Notes under the pieces: generated by a model
Databases searched by the model: none
What the model saw: the letters and a program-made list of their open reading frames with translations, nothing else
What the model was told of the DNA's origin: nothing
NCBI RefSeq assembly: GCF_963853765.1
Contig: NC_088861.1
Coordinates: forward strand, 12,276,001-12,340,000
Direction: 5' to 3'
Source of the DNA: Magallana gigas
Taxonomy: Eukaryota
Length of the DNA stretch: 64,000 bases
Position numbers and translations under genes: made by a program
Part shown: in pieces, positions 35,589-48,590 of the stretch
Position numbering within the stretch: position 1 is the stretch's first letter
Layout: every line of letters begins with the position of its first letter

Positions 35589-37720
35589 ACTTAGTCTTTG
35601 ATCATCACACAATGTGCTTGTGGTTCAACTTTCATTTTAGCTGTAGAATGAACAATTTCTGGTTTTCAATAATTTGACACAATGAAGATTAATCTTTGAA
35701 ATTTTTCAGCGCCCACACAGTTTCTTAACATACAAGGTGTGGGTCGAGGATATGAGATTTATGAAGTTTGGAAAGTCCCAAGCCTTCATCACAAACTTGG
35801 TCTGGTTGCTGGTTCCCAACGCGATATTTGTCAGGGCCAAGGAAGTCTAACTGTAGCTCGGGCCTTATATCAGTTAAAACTCATATAAAAATGACTTGGT
35901 TTTTGTTCTTTCTATATCGATTTTTTTTCAAACTGCGCTAAATATTCCATAGAATAAATAAGACGAAATTCTAAGTTAAAGCACAACTTTTATATGAAAA
36001 TGCGTGTTAAATCTTGTGATTTTCTTTTCAGTACATCTTTCTTCCTTCAGCTTCTAGAACATGCATACCCCCACATCGGTCCATCAACTCACTCTAGAGG
36101 AAGTCTTGTATTAGAAACTTCTATTAATTGTAATTTCTATACTAACAGTACATGTATTAACTATATGATGAAATGCAACAACACATATGAAGTTAAAGTT
36201 AACTTTGTTGTTTATTTCGAAAGACATTAGGTTACAGAATGGAGGCATTGTATAGCTTTGAATAAAATTCAATCAACACATTCATACAACATTTTAATAT
36301 ATATGTTAACACATTTCGAGAAATTTTTATGCAATCAAGAATGCACATATACGCTCTTTCAAAGACTATTGCCATATCTTGCATACGAACACATTATCTG
36401 TGAGACATAACAGATAATTGATGATTCAGAACATGATATAAAAATTCATTAGCAGTGTAACAAATGACAGTTCAATGTCAGTGAGCTAGATTATGATCAC
36501 TTGGTTCTCTACGTGCAATTTACAACAAAACATCTTCAAGTTTTTTTTTCTTCAAAATTCACTCTTTTTCACCAAACTGTTCTTTGCAATTTTATAAGGC
36601 TCGGTTTATGAATATCTTATCCAGCAATGAACACGTAGCAAGAACACTTTGGTCAAATGAATTTTGGGGATTCATCACTTTATCATTACATCTATGATCT
36701 GTCTGGCACACGTTTATTTTCCATTGCGGATCCAATCTTTCCGGGATTCAACTGTTTCAATTTGGTTGAAAACATTCACAGATTAACAGAATGGTTTTAT
36801 TTTAGTATTTTTCATGAAATATTACTCTGCTTTTTCTTGTATTTCGGCCTGTACTTAAAAAGTGTAGTTTCTTTTCTTGACAACAGTTAATATACAAGTT
36901 CATACATTTTGTTTTGTAAATACCTTTCGTTGGTACGGATATCGATGTTGGCGCGATGGGCCGAATGTTAGTGCAAACTGTACATCGTAATCATAATCAT
37001 CCACGTAAAATCTTATGGATGTTTCGAATAATGTAACTACTACAGCTTTTGGATCGTCTTTTTACTATTTGCACTATATTTCTTCTTGGTGGGAAAATGA
37101 GGTCGCTATCTCCAAGATGAACAATATTTTGTGAAGAATGGAAAACGATATCCGTTAAGAGCAAGAATGACTTCTTTTTTAATTTGTCCATATTAGTACA
37201 GTTACTGGGTATCAGCAAAATGTGTTGTTCTGTTTTACTTGGAACATTAGTGGAGTTATAGATGTTTGCTTTCACTGTTACATCCAAATATGAAATATGA
37301 ATTTGCGGACTTAAGTTGTACACTTTTATCGGGTTTACGATTTTTAATATGTAACCTGAAAATGAATGAGTCAAAATAGATTATATTTACCTGATAATAT
37401 ATGATAAAATATAAGCCTAGTATAAACTAATTTTTTCAAGTTAAAAACGTAATACAAGTAATACGTAACTGACTGTGAAAAGGCTAAATTTTTTTATATT
37501 TTTGTAGGATGTCGCCAAAAGACAAACAAAAAATTGTTTGTAAATTGGCTTAATCTGTATGACTTTGTAAAAGGAAAATAACGATTGATAAACAATATTT
37601 TACCATTTTTTCTACACACGTCGGCTGTGCTGCTTATGAACCCTATTCTCTGTGTCTTGGGCTGTGACCATATCGAACATAAACCAGAGGGCGATGGACT
37701 GTTGCAACTATAAGAAGAAT
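34430..37720. repeat. Segmental duplication, copy B (matches ~25940-30745 and ~50050-52990), with an internal ~480-bp local duplication (34540-34920 and 35020-35400)
   Basis: Collinear anchors: aatgactttccca.cagag, ttctagaacatgcata, cacttggttctctac and the last-exon region. Confidence 0.88.
35706..35864 (-). pseudogene. Dead copy of importin-alpha exon (copy B)
   Basis: cagcgcccacacag...cacaaacttggtctggttgctggttccc..gcgatatttgtcagggcc matches 63220-63380. Splice donor lost. Confidence 0.88.
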
Positions 37721-40700
37721 TTAGTGTTTATCTTTTGTACGTGGAAACAATGGATTAAACTGGACATATAGATCACATTTGGTTATGATGTTATGAAACA
37801 CATGGAGAAAACAAAGTAGAAGAAAAATCATGATTTGAAATATATAATAACGTTTCTAAGTTAAAACTTACAATATTTGATCATGATATGTACTTTTAAA
37901 AATCCTTTTCAAAAAGTAAGCTATGACTTGCTGAGTTTGACAAAAGAACTTAGACAAAGTCGTTAATATTTTCAGTCTCATTGAATGGTCTTTAATGAAC
38001 ATAAAACCATATTTTACAACTGTTTTGATTTTTACAATTGTACTTTAGAGCCATTAAAATCTAACAATGTTTAGTTCATGATGTATTAGCATTCATAAAT
38101 TTGGTCGTGAGTCTTTGTAAAACGCAGTCCTGTACCTTTCTCTGACAATTTGACCTGTTGTACCAAGCAGAAGTGACGTACTTATAAGATTAAAGGTAAT
38201 TCAAATACTTGTTCCTGAAAAAGATCTTTCATTATAAAGGTATCCCTTAGTCCAATAACATTTTCAGGCAAAACTAAAGCGATAAAATTTCTAGATAGGA
38301 ATAGTGACGATACAATGGGCAATTAATAAGATGGGTGTAAAATGTCTACCTTTCTGCTTTTCCTTTTACTTCACCATGACAACAAATCTGGTTTCTAGGA
38401 TCGTAGGCAAGCGTCCCTGGATTACAGCATCGTTTTCCCATTTTATGTGCCCCTCTATGAATTTCATTGTTGCAGCAGAGGTCTGATTTCTTGTCGTAGC
38501 TTTGCCTCCCACAAAAATCGGATTTTTTCTTTTCCTGCTTTTTACAAGAAAAAAAGGAGGTCGCATTTTTATTGCAACAACTAGTGTGATCGGGTAAAGT
38601 CTTTTCAATAGTGGATCCATTTTCGCAGCAAAGCTGCGTCGTTGAGTAGTACACATTGTTTCCACAACAATGTAATTTTGAATTATAATTTGTTGTGTAT
38701 ACAGTACCTAAGATGAAACAAAAATGTAGACAGAATGTACATTCTTTTTTTAAAAATTAAAACACAACGTGAATTTTTGACAAATTAAAATTGATTCGAA
38801 GAATTTGTTTATAATTTTGCCCTTTTTTGTTTAAACTAATTTGACTACTATTGAAATTTGCTACTTCCATTGAACATTACAAGAAACTGAGCTCCTAGTA
38901 TAAAAATAATATATACCATCACAACAGATTTGCTGCCCCTGTTGCATTGCTGTGGAGAAATTGGTACCATAACAACACTCTTGGTGAGACGGGTCGTATG
39001 TACCTTTACCACAGCAATGAAGTCGTCCATCGGAGGGGAACACTTGTGTCTTGCAGCACAGTTCTTGTGAGGAATCGTACAATCCTATTTGTAATTAAAC
39101 AAACTTTAGCTTTGGAAATTTATGTAAAATCATACTTAATATCATTAAAATTATCCAGCTATTCATTTCATAAAATGATAACAATTTTAAGATCGAACTG
39201 TAAATATGTTGTACTTACCTGTTCCACAACATTGACCATTTTTGGGCTGAATTTTCTTTTCACCAGATCCCCTACAGCACTGTTTAGTCCTTTTATCATA
39301 CACTTCCGATCCACAGCATCGGAAGTGCCGGTCGTACGATGAAATATTCCACAAAGTGGAGTCTTCACAACATTTTTGTGTCTGTCTGTTAAACAGAGTT
39401 CCATTACAGTAGTCATGTCCTAATGGAACAACCTTGTCCCTAACGCATCGTGAATGGGTCCTATTGAATGGTGTTGTTTGGTTGCAGCAACCATCATTCT
39501 TTGTATAGTTGTTCCCACAGCATGACATGCCTAAAGAGTAATTTTTTCAAGGTAAGACTGCTATATAGAATTGATGCATAGATAAATAGATATTTTACTT
39601 TTCAGTCGAATTAAAAAGTTATCTAGGCTTCCATCATTTGAAGGGGGTGCATAAATGGAACTATCAACCGGGTGTGTGTGAAGGGTTGTCCTGTAAATAT
39701 GGATGAGACCTTAAACGACTAACCAAGGTTAATTGCCATGGCCGATTGAGTTCATTCAAATTTTTAAAAAAATGCTTACACTTGCAGTAAGCATTTACTC
39801 GTATCCGGCAATGGACCTTACTAGTATTTGAACCCAGAAAGCATGGCAAGAAAAAAAAGAAGTTTTATTATTATTCTATTCTGTTTTTCCTTATAATATA
39901 CGCCATTGATGTAGTGGGATAGTTATTATAAAATTTAAAGGAAGAAAACAAACACCATTGCTTGTGATAAAAGGAGCTGATTTCATATACTAATATATGA
40001 TATCACTGTCCAGAAATATTTTAATTTGCTCTACAAAATTAAAGGGAACTATACACGATTTCAGATTGAAAAAATATTTTTAATTTTGTAAATAAAATGG
40101 TTTATTTGTGTATTTTGAATGATTCACCAAAAGTTGAATGTAAGAAATTAAGTTTCAGGCGAGATAGGGAGCAAAAAAGGCGTTGTTATATGTAAACAAA
40201 GTCTTATATTTGATTACTACAAGTAACTTTGTAAACTAAAGAAATACCATTTCATTGACAAAATATATTGTGGCAAACAAGATGAGCTGATTCATTGCAT
40301 TTACAAATACTTTCATCAACAACAAAATACAACATTAGATTGACACTTCTACCGATACAACATATAAGTTAACAATATCAGGTCTCGAGTTTTATTTACA
40401 AAACAAAGAACTCTAACCTTTGTTACTCGCTTGTAACTCGATATTTGACTTTCAAATGTTAACAAAGCTTTAAAAACATCCATTTTGACTATTCTTGACA
40501 TTGAAAATGCAAAATCTAAATTTTTTGCTGAAAATCGTGTCCACGTCCCTCTAGAATGATAAACAGGAAATACGCTCTGATAAGAAGAAAATAAATGACT
40601 CGAGTAAGGACTATCGACGGGGCAGAGATTGTGGGACGGTTCTTATTTATCTCTACTTTGCGTGATAATGTTTATATCTTTTTAAAAAAGTCTTACTAAA

Positions 40701-42088
40701 ACAATGTATTTAAAGGCATATATGCCGTTTTTAACGCTGTTTCTGATATGTTAGAAACCCGACCAAATCTTTGTCCACATAAAAGAAAANNNNNNNNNNN
40801 NNNNNNNNNNNNNNNNNNNNNNNNNNNNNNNNNNNNNNNNNNNNNNNNNNNNNNNNNNNNNNNNNNNNNNNNNNNNNNNNNNNNNNNNNNNNNNNNNNNN
40901 NNNNNNNNNNNNNNNNNCATATTTATAAACGCGATTCACGTAAGTGCAAACTTCCGCATGAATGTAATGAAATGTAATCGAGAAGGACAGCGTGGAGGAG
41001 AGGAATGACTGCAAGATTGTTTACAAAATTAAATGTTGAAATACTTTTTTGACGTTGAAAAAAATATATTCCTTCAAGACCTTAGCTTCGAAACACTATT
41101 AACTATTATCTAAAGACCACCATTTTTATTTATACCAGATCAGAAAATAAATAAAACATAACGTCAGTATTACCCTCGACTCAAGACAAGAGGGTCTGTT
41201 TTTCTTTATATTGTCTACGAATGCGTTAGCCTGTTACTAGAATATCGACATCGCTTTCGCGACGATTTCTTGTTTACATACTAAACAGGTTTGTGACATA
41301 TTTAAATAGGGGCGTTTACTAACCGGAGCTGGCAGTTAATAAATTGATTAGAAATATACAATACTTTTAAACGCGTTTGGACTACATTGTATAAACTGCA
41401 AAAAATCTCTGACTTATGTAGATCACCAAAGTTACCTTAACTACTTTAACAACTTACTTGACATGTACATTTTACTTTTTGAGGTCGACATTTCCAAGCA
41501 AAAATGCACTGTCAAAATAAAGACACATAACACTACCCCCACACACACAAGCACAGACAAACANNNNNNNNNNNNNNNNNNNNNNNNNNNNNNNNNNNNN
41601 NNNNNNNNNNNNNNNNNNNNNNNNNNNNNNNNNNNNNNNNNNNNNNNNNNNNNNNNNNNNNNNNNNNNNNNNNNNNNNNNNNNNNNNNNNNNNNNNNNNN
41701 NNNNNNNNAACAAACACAAACTTACCAACAATTTGATCCACCTGAAAAATGTTCGTCCCACAACATATTTGTTCTTTTCCTTGGTTTTTTCCGCTTTGAA
41801 CATATCTTTCATGTAAAGAATTCGACTGGCAACAAATCTTATCCAAAGTTCTGTATGTTACACCTACAAAATATGTTGCAAAAATATATCGTGTACTTAG
41901 ACTTCCAATGTCGATTAGCTTCTAAGGTATATTTAAATAAACCCGCAGATCTTTTCTAACAATAAAATGTATCGTGTTACACCTACAAATGAAAGTTTTA
42001 TCATCTTGAAAGACTACAGATTTTTATGGAATATTAAACAACATAACTGGAGTATTATTTAACCCTATCAAATATGTCTAATTTACTT

Positions 42089-42146
<58 letters not shown>

Positions 42147-42206
42147 ATGGAATATTAAACAACACAACTGGTGTTTTTTAACCCCAACAAATGTGTCTTA
42201 TTTACT

Positions 42207-42252
<46 letters not shown>

Positions 42253-42687
42253 TCCACAACAGTCTAGTTCCTCGTCGCTGTCTTTGATACGATTAAACAA
42301 GGTGTTGTTGCAGCAAACTTTGGTCTCACGATTGTAAGATTCAAGGTGTGGAACACCTCTTGAAAACGTAAGGCAACTTTCGGCACTTACTGTAAAAAAA
42401 AAGAAACACCTGTACATATGATTTGTGAATTTAATACCAAACAGTATTATTTGATAAAACAATTGTGGGGCAATTTATACGTCTAACGAATTGCAAAACG
42501 GTCTCATCAGTATATATTTTTAAAATTAAAAAAGTTTCTTTAATTTGTATAATTTTTTTTCGTGCACGTGAAAATTAATTTTCAGTATTGTATCTATTTT
42601 GGAAATGTTGACATAACACATACCTGTAGTATTGCATCGAAGTAAACAAACAACAAACCAAATACAGATTTGGTAAGGTACGTCCAT
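36997..42687 (-). CDS. Secreted galaxin-like CC-repeat protein with probable C-terminal NTR/C345C domain (copy B, 546 aa, intact)
   Basis: Exons 42624-42687, 42252-42389, 41726-41863, 39219-39530, 38917-39084, 38350-38707, 37604-37707, 36997-37355(TGA), all GT-AG, 1641 nt in frame. Signal peptide MDVPYQICIWFVVCLLRCNTTVSA, then many galaxin-type CC repeats (e.g. YDKRTKQCCRG, YDPSHQECCYG, YDPRNQICCHG), then CSIW...DVCRKNGYILKI...LLIPSNCTN...KKSFLLL...VKRRSKSCS. Two N-gaps lie in intron 3, so an additional phase-1 exon could be hidden. Confidence 0.85.
40043..40550. mobile_element. Degenerate Kolobok-like non-autonomous element in intron 3
   Basis: Left end TTAA|AGGGAACTATACACGATTTCAG. Right end GCTGAAAATCGTGTCCACGTCCCT (reverse complement AGGGACGTGGACACGATTTTCAGC). 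The right TSD is degenerate (ctag). Confidence 0.65.
40790..40917. other. Assembly gap (N run)
   Basis: 128 consecutive N. Confidence 0.99.
41564..41708. other. Assembly gap (N run), flanked by CA-rich sequence
   Basis: 145 consecutive N. Confidence 0.99.
41933..41982 (-). pseudogene. Partial decayed duplicate of the 5' end of exon 3, with intact acceptor
   Basis: ttgtag|gtgtaaca... repeats the exon-3 acceptor. It reads GVTRYILLLEKICGFI* versus GVTYRTLDKICCQ. Confidence 0.55.
42020..42250. repeat. Two (CT)n tracts within a ~120-bp tandem duplication in intron 2; (GA)n starts at the splice donor
   Basis: atggaatattaaacaaca.aactgg occurs twice, each followed by (CT)n. The minus-strand donor reads GTGAGAGAGAG. 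Confidence 0.9.
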
Positions 42688-42770
42688 CTCAATCTCGTTA
42701 ATTAAATTTAATGAATAAACATAATAATGTCTGCTGTTTTTAAAAAAAGTAAAACTCTAAAAATAGAAAC

Positions 42771-42944
42771 GGGGTTTCCTTGTCATACAAGTGTTATTTT
42801 CCGGTCTTGAATCCATAGTAACGACGCGGATAAACAAATTTGTATCATATATACGAAATATTCTGTTTCGACTCACGATACATGCATGCATGTAAATTTT
42901 AAGCAATAAGGAATTCTTGTGACAAGGGAAGGCCGGGGATTTCC
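42771..42944. promoter_or_regulatory. NF-kB (Rel)-type sites upstream of copy B
   Basis: GGGGTTTCC at 42771-42779 (84 bp upstream of the ATG) and a full GGGRNNYYCC match, GGGGATTTCC, at 42935-42944. Confidence 0.5.
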
Positions 42945-43304
42945 ATTTTAAAGTCTTGATAAAAATTATTCATCCATGATAATCGTGTAGCAAATAAACA
43001 AGTTAATTATTATCAAATCTTTGCAAGAAATGGAACAATGAATTATTTTGTGGTAAGTAATCGCATGTATCTGCCTGAGGTATATAATGTATATATATAT
43101 ATGAAAAGAATAAACAAAAATCTCCATTTTTTTTCAAGAGGTGCCTGTATTTAAGCGTGTACTTATATATACGTCATTATAATCTGTTTATTCACGTCTC
43201 TGCTGTAACTGCAAGGCATTTTCAATTTTCTGGCATGCTATATTGCGGGGGTTTTCCTCTAATATAAATTGATTTTTTTTTAATAATAGGACCATATCAC
43301 AGAC

Positions 43305-43364
43305 TCTCTCCAGCTAATTTTGTAAATGACGAACAATATATATTTACAAAATTAGCTGGGGAGC
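43305..43364. repeat. Short inverted repeat (18-bp perfect arms, 14-nt spacer)
   Basis: ccagctaattttgtaaat (43310-43327) and atttacaaaattagctgg (43342-43359). Confidence 0.85.
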
Positions 43365-44609
43365 GCCTATGGACCATATTCAATACACATGAACCTTTAT
43401 ACATAGAGCATGTTCTATTGTTAACCATTTAATGGTAGTTGTATATTAATATTATAAGCTTATGTTAAATGGATATCAATATAGACAAATATGCATTCAT
43501 TATTAAACTACGAAAAAAATGTTTCTTCATTTGATCGCTTTCTCTGTTGTAAACGATATACTTTGAATTGTTGAATATTATAATTCACCACGTGTTTTCT
43601 TACTAAAAGGAACATTAATATCACACCGTTATTAGAAGTTTCAATACTGATATCCTTCAAAATCCGACAGTCTCAAGTCTCAACTTTACAATGAAATTCA
43701 ATAACAGTGTTTTAACTACGATGTATGTCATATATAACACTTCTATACGAAAAAATATGACTCCTAACGGACATCGAAACTGTCTGATATTTTTTTCATA
43801 CAGAACTGTTTTTGGCATATATCCAATCGCGGTGCAGGTGTCGATGTGACGTCATACTGTAAATTTTGACGCATATTTGTGTAGAGAGGCGGATCTATCA
43901 ATTTTTTAACATGGAAAAATGCATTTTATAAATTAACAGAGCATAATCTTAAAACAATTATTATACCATTAAAACCTATCTATTATGCTTGTTTTGATTC
44001 AGCATTTGAATATTTTTTAGAGCGTGTATTATTTCTTTTCTAGAGTGTTCAATGTACAAGTTCTAGGTGTTTGACACTGGGGAGCCTATCTAAATCCGCT
44101 TTTTACAAGGGCATACGTTAAACAGATCATTGCGATCTTTTGGATATAAATTAAGGGAATGTTTAGTTTATCAAAAAGTGCTGCCACTTCGATGAAATCT
44201 ATAGAATGAATTAATGAATACGTAAAATATAAAGCAAAGGTCATATAAATTACAACCGGAGCTCATTTCTTTGATATTTATTCAGCACTTTTAAGAATCT
44301 ACCAAAAAAGTAGTATTTAATTATGATTTAAATTTTTAATTAAAATAAGGGTATGCCCTTGTAATATTGAAATTTGTTTATGACCTCCATTCGGGAGAAT
44401 TATCAACACATGTCACATGACTATCAATTCAGGGGACCATACTTAGTTTCATACGAAGTAGCATTTACTATACCGTTTCATTTTATATTACACTTACATC
44501 ATGATAAAATAACTTTACATAAATATTTTGTTTTAATAGATGCATCGTTCTATGAACGTTTAAATCCGCTGATATGTTCATAGTAAGCCTCAACAGTGCA
44601 GCGTAACAC

Positions 44610-47600
44610 GCCATCTTTTTAAGACATGAAAAGTCAATATTCTTAAGAGTTTAGGAAAGTAAGTGATACAAAACCGCGGGAATATTCCCTAAATGCGAAA
44701 GAGATACAAACACATAGAGACATCCGAAATATAGGCAGGAATGTAGACAACTATATTTAAATGACGGGTTGTCATTGTCACTGTAAAAAGACTTTAGTAG
44801 AGCATGACGGTCACCATCGACCTATAAAAGTTTATATCAAATTATTTTTGTTTCAAGGAGACTGTTTTTCAAGCATTGAGGATTTTTCTCTTTAAAAAAA
44901 CATTATTCAATGGTATTATATAAATCTACATCACTTTGTAATACTATGTAACGTTGCATTGAAAAATATACATTAGTCTCTTAATTATGCTTCGATTCTT
45001 ATAATCTGCGTCAGCTTTGGGGAAAATAGCATGAAAATTACAACGTTTTTAAAGCCAGGAACATGCACCAATCAATTCATTCTATGAAGATATTCAATGA
45101 AGTAGACTTGATAATATTTCATATAACATACATTTGTATTATTTAGAATAAGTAAATCAACAGTACAGTTAAATCAAGTTAATAAATTTTTGATTTAGGA
45201 GGGAGAGGGTAGTGAAGGGTTGTTGATCATCGGCGTGCCTCCACATTTCACGGAAGTAAAGTTTAAAAAAAAAAATTGAGACGACATTATTTTTTCCCAT
45301 CCCAAGAAAATCATAAAAAATAAACTTTAACATGTTTATTTATTCACTTGAGGCGAGATATCATTATTTAAGTATTTCTAGCTATAGATTGTTAGGATGA
45401 ATAGTTTTGCTCCTTAAACGCGTTGAAATATAATACCTTTAATTTCTCTCAAATACAAAAAAACATGCTAAACATCGTATAAGTTGGGTTTATTTTATGG
45501 CTCTTGTTTTTGTTTTTTTTTTGGTTTTGTGGTGGGGGTTTTTTTTTGGGGGGGGGGGGTGTTTTTTGGTTTTTGTTTTTTGTTTTGGCTTTTTTTGGTA
45601 TAATAACATCAGAATGCGTTAAGAAATGTGCCAAAATCCTGCACGATGAAATAATTTGAAAACATTTTTTTTGGTAAACAGGATACACGTTTGGTAAACA
45701 AAAATCCCGGGTAAGGATTATCCATGCAGCAAAGACATCTAGAAACTTTCTGTGCTAGGTAATTTTACGACAAGATGATTTTTTTTAATTTGCGTGATCT
45801 ATTGGAATGTCTTACAAAAGAAAGCTAAAGTTTTCATAAACAATCAACTTTTCACAATAAAATCGCATCTAGTGTAGCAAAATATAAACTCTTTACTATA
45901 TAAGTATTTCTAATAAATGGGTTTCTAACTCTAAGCTTATACAGTATTTGCGTTTTAATTATATACAATACTGGGTCAAAGGCATCAAAGAAATAGATTA
46001 AACTGAGATATTTTTATTATTGTGGGCCAGTTGTAACCTTAGAACTACTTAGAACATTAATGACCTCATTTTTTAATTATAGGGCGTTGAATATAGGGAA
46101 AAATATTTGTTTGGTTTAGATATATATATATATATCTCCTAATTTTGTTAAGAATGGGCCCGGCGCATTATTATTCATTTTCGACTAAATCTATATCTGT
46201 AGATACACGTGGACAAATAAAAACTCTTAATGACATTAATATCCATTGAGCAAAGTAAAAAAGATTTTTTTTATTAATTTTGACTATTTTTTCGCTTCAC
46301 ATAATGTTTAAGTATTTTAAGTTTTCAATACAATAACTATACGCATACCAATCTTATTGCATTAGAATGAAAAGTATTGAAATATTTAAATGAAAATAAC
46401 ATGACTTCCGTTGTTTAGAAATTGAATTAAAGCTACTAAACATTAAATGCTATATATGAAGTCATCAAGTATTTTTAAGATGTTAGTAGTATTTTCTATT
46501 ATTTAACAAGAAAATTTCCTGTTCTATTTATGTAAATGTTCCTATGAATAAATAAAAGTAATCGTTCCTCCCCGATCACTTACTACAGGTGTTAAAGGGG
46601 TGTGGTGACGATTACAGCTGATAATGTATTTTCCATTTATCTGACTAAAAACTGAGATGTTTAAAGGGCCTATATAATCAGCGTGATAAACTGAGGTCAA
46701 TATGTATCCATTTGGAAGAGAACTGTTATGACGCCGGACCGTGGATTAGACATTTCAAATTCTATTCTTAACGTTTCAATAATTAAACAAAATTTATCTA
46801 AATGAATTTAAAATAAGCTATTCAAATGATAAACAAAAACTTGAATGCCTTAAATCAAGTTACAAGTAAGACACAGAGGTAAAAAAAAATTTCAGGAGGA
46901 AAGGGTGGGAGGGGGTAAACTAAGCATTGGTCTTCAGAACTGTTTGTTTACGTATGCTTTATCATTCAAATCAGTTTCCCTTTATTATTTATAGAACAGA
47001 TGGATAAAGGCTAGTCAAGCCGAGTGTTCAATAGAATTGTTTCATGATGAATAATGGACATGTAGCATACTTTGTTTGACCCGAGAACATCACACAGTTG
47101 AATATTTCTAATTAAAGACATTCAATTTCCAAGTTTATTTTAAAAACTTAGCCATGCTAAATATAGATATCATTAGTAATAATCGATGGTTTTTCTTGAA
47201 ATCATTACAAACAACTTCATAATGTGCATAAACAGGGGGAAAAAATAATGTACCCAAGAGATCAAAAGATAAAAAAAAATGAAAGAAAGCATACTGAAAT
47301 TAAACAGCATGGCTTTTTACAATTATTTCTAAAAATCAGAACTCTCGTTTCCAATCTTAAACAAAACAAATATCTGTTTAGGCTCATGTTATTTCAAAAT
47401 ATTATCAATAATAATAGATCGACAAAATATAAGATAAAATATTTTTTTAAGCCAACGCATGAGCATTGCAAAACGAATCAAACATCTACATGGATCGTCT
47501 TAACTTTTGATGTTTTCGAAAATAACAACACCCCCTCCCCCCTCCCCCCCCCCCCCAACACACACTTAGTCTTTGATTATCACACTGTTCTTGTGGTTCA

Positions 47601-47797
47601 ACTTTCATTTTAGCTTTACAATGAAAATGTTTGGTTTTCAATTGTTTTGACATAATGAAGTTTTATCTCAGAAATTTTTCAGCGCCCACACAGTTTCTTA
47701 ACATACAAGGTGCGGGGCGAGGATACGAGATTTATGAAGTTTGGAAAGTCCCCAGCCTTTATCACAAACTTGGTCTGGTTGCTGGTTTGTCAAGGCC
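44610..47797. repeat. Segmental duplication, copy C (matches 23140-26830)
   Basis: Collinear with copy A over about 3.2 kb. It ends inside the importin-alpha pseudo-exon. Confidence 0.9.
47679..47797 (-). pseudogene. Dead, internally deleted copy of importin-alpha exon (copy C)
   Basis: cagcgcccacacag...cacaaacttggtctggttgctggtt|tgtcaaggccca lacks the cccgaggcgatatt present in the live exon. Confidence 0.85.
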
Positions 47798-48025
47798 CAT
47801 GCATATGCAGTCCTACATCTAAGCTGAGGTCTTCAATCAGTAACAACGCATTTAAAGATAAGGACTTTTGCGTGGCATAGTGGAAACGCGTAGGTCTTTT
47901 TGATTTTGCTGTCAGTGAATCATCATGTAGTGCATTTTTTTTTCTTTTTAAACATGGGAAGAATAGCGATTTCAAATTGCGTGAATTTATTCAAAAACTT
48001 GTACAATTAACAATTGATACTTCCA

Positions 48026-48590
48026 TACTTACGTCGACTCGATATGTCCCAGTGAAATAAAAGATACTAAAGAGTCTATGTCATCTGTTTCATAGCTGGA
48101 TATTTTAATGAAAAGGGACATTGATAGTCACCTAACAACAAAACGTTATGATAAACGTGATGAATTCAATTTTTCTGTAGTCAACTTTTCTTATTTATGT
48201 AGCAATATACCTTCAGTACTTCCATATGGTGTTTTTGTCTCTCGGTTAATTTGACACGCGAGGGCATTCTACAGATAAACAAGTTGATAAAACAGGACTA
48301 TCAACAGTCTTCATTGAAGTCATCTTTTCGTAAATACAACGACCTTGTCAGAAAATACAATCTTTCACTTGGTCGCATGCTTACTGACTTTTTCATACTT
48401 ATGGTTAGACTATAATTTATCATCTAATTGTCTACGGATTTTTTCGGATTTTTTTATTATAACAAAGAGCATACGCCGGATGTGACCGATCAGCAGAGGA
48501 TGTTTACTCTTCTATGACACCTGACAATATCTCTAACTTTTTAGAGATCCGTGTTTGCTCTGCTTTTGTTTTGTATTTTTATTCTATTTT
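48026..48590 (+). mobile_element. 5'-truncated Penelope-like retroelement remnant (RT C-terminal region and 3' tail)
   Basis: Translates to ..EIKDTKESMSSVS*LDILMKRDIDSHLTTKRYDKRDEFNFSVVNFSYLCSNIPSVLPYGVFVSRLI*HARA... This matches the YDKRDDF.F.IVNFP...SNIP...AYGV..SQL.R.ARA motif of Penelope-type RTs. It is followed by the typical gtgaccg.tcagcagaggatg.ttactc tail. Confidence 0.85.

Noticed and set aside
36657-36890. + strand ORFs in the duplicated 3' flank (28785-29030, 36657-36890, 51853-52095) as a conserved small gene
   Set aside because: The similarity reflects the segmental duplication. Frames and lengths are not conserved between copies, and the region is probably 3' UTR or flank of the minus-strand gene.
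38366-39416. Alternative-frame ORFs overlapping galaxin exons (38366-38665, 38848-39030, 39168-39416, 38947-39342, and 54142-54372)
   Set aside because: Off-frame or antisense shadows of the Cys-rich exons. Only the CC-repeat frame is consistent with splice phases and paralog conservation.
20032-41846. ORFs containing X runs (20032-20358, 20088-20297, 40696-41014, 41441-41846)
   Set aside because: Artefacts of N-gaps. Only the 41726-41863 part is a real exon.
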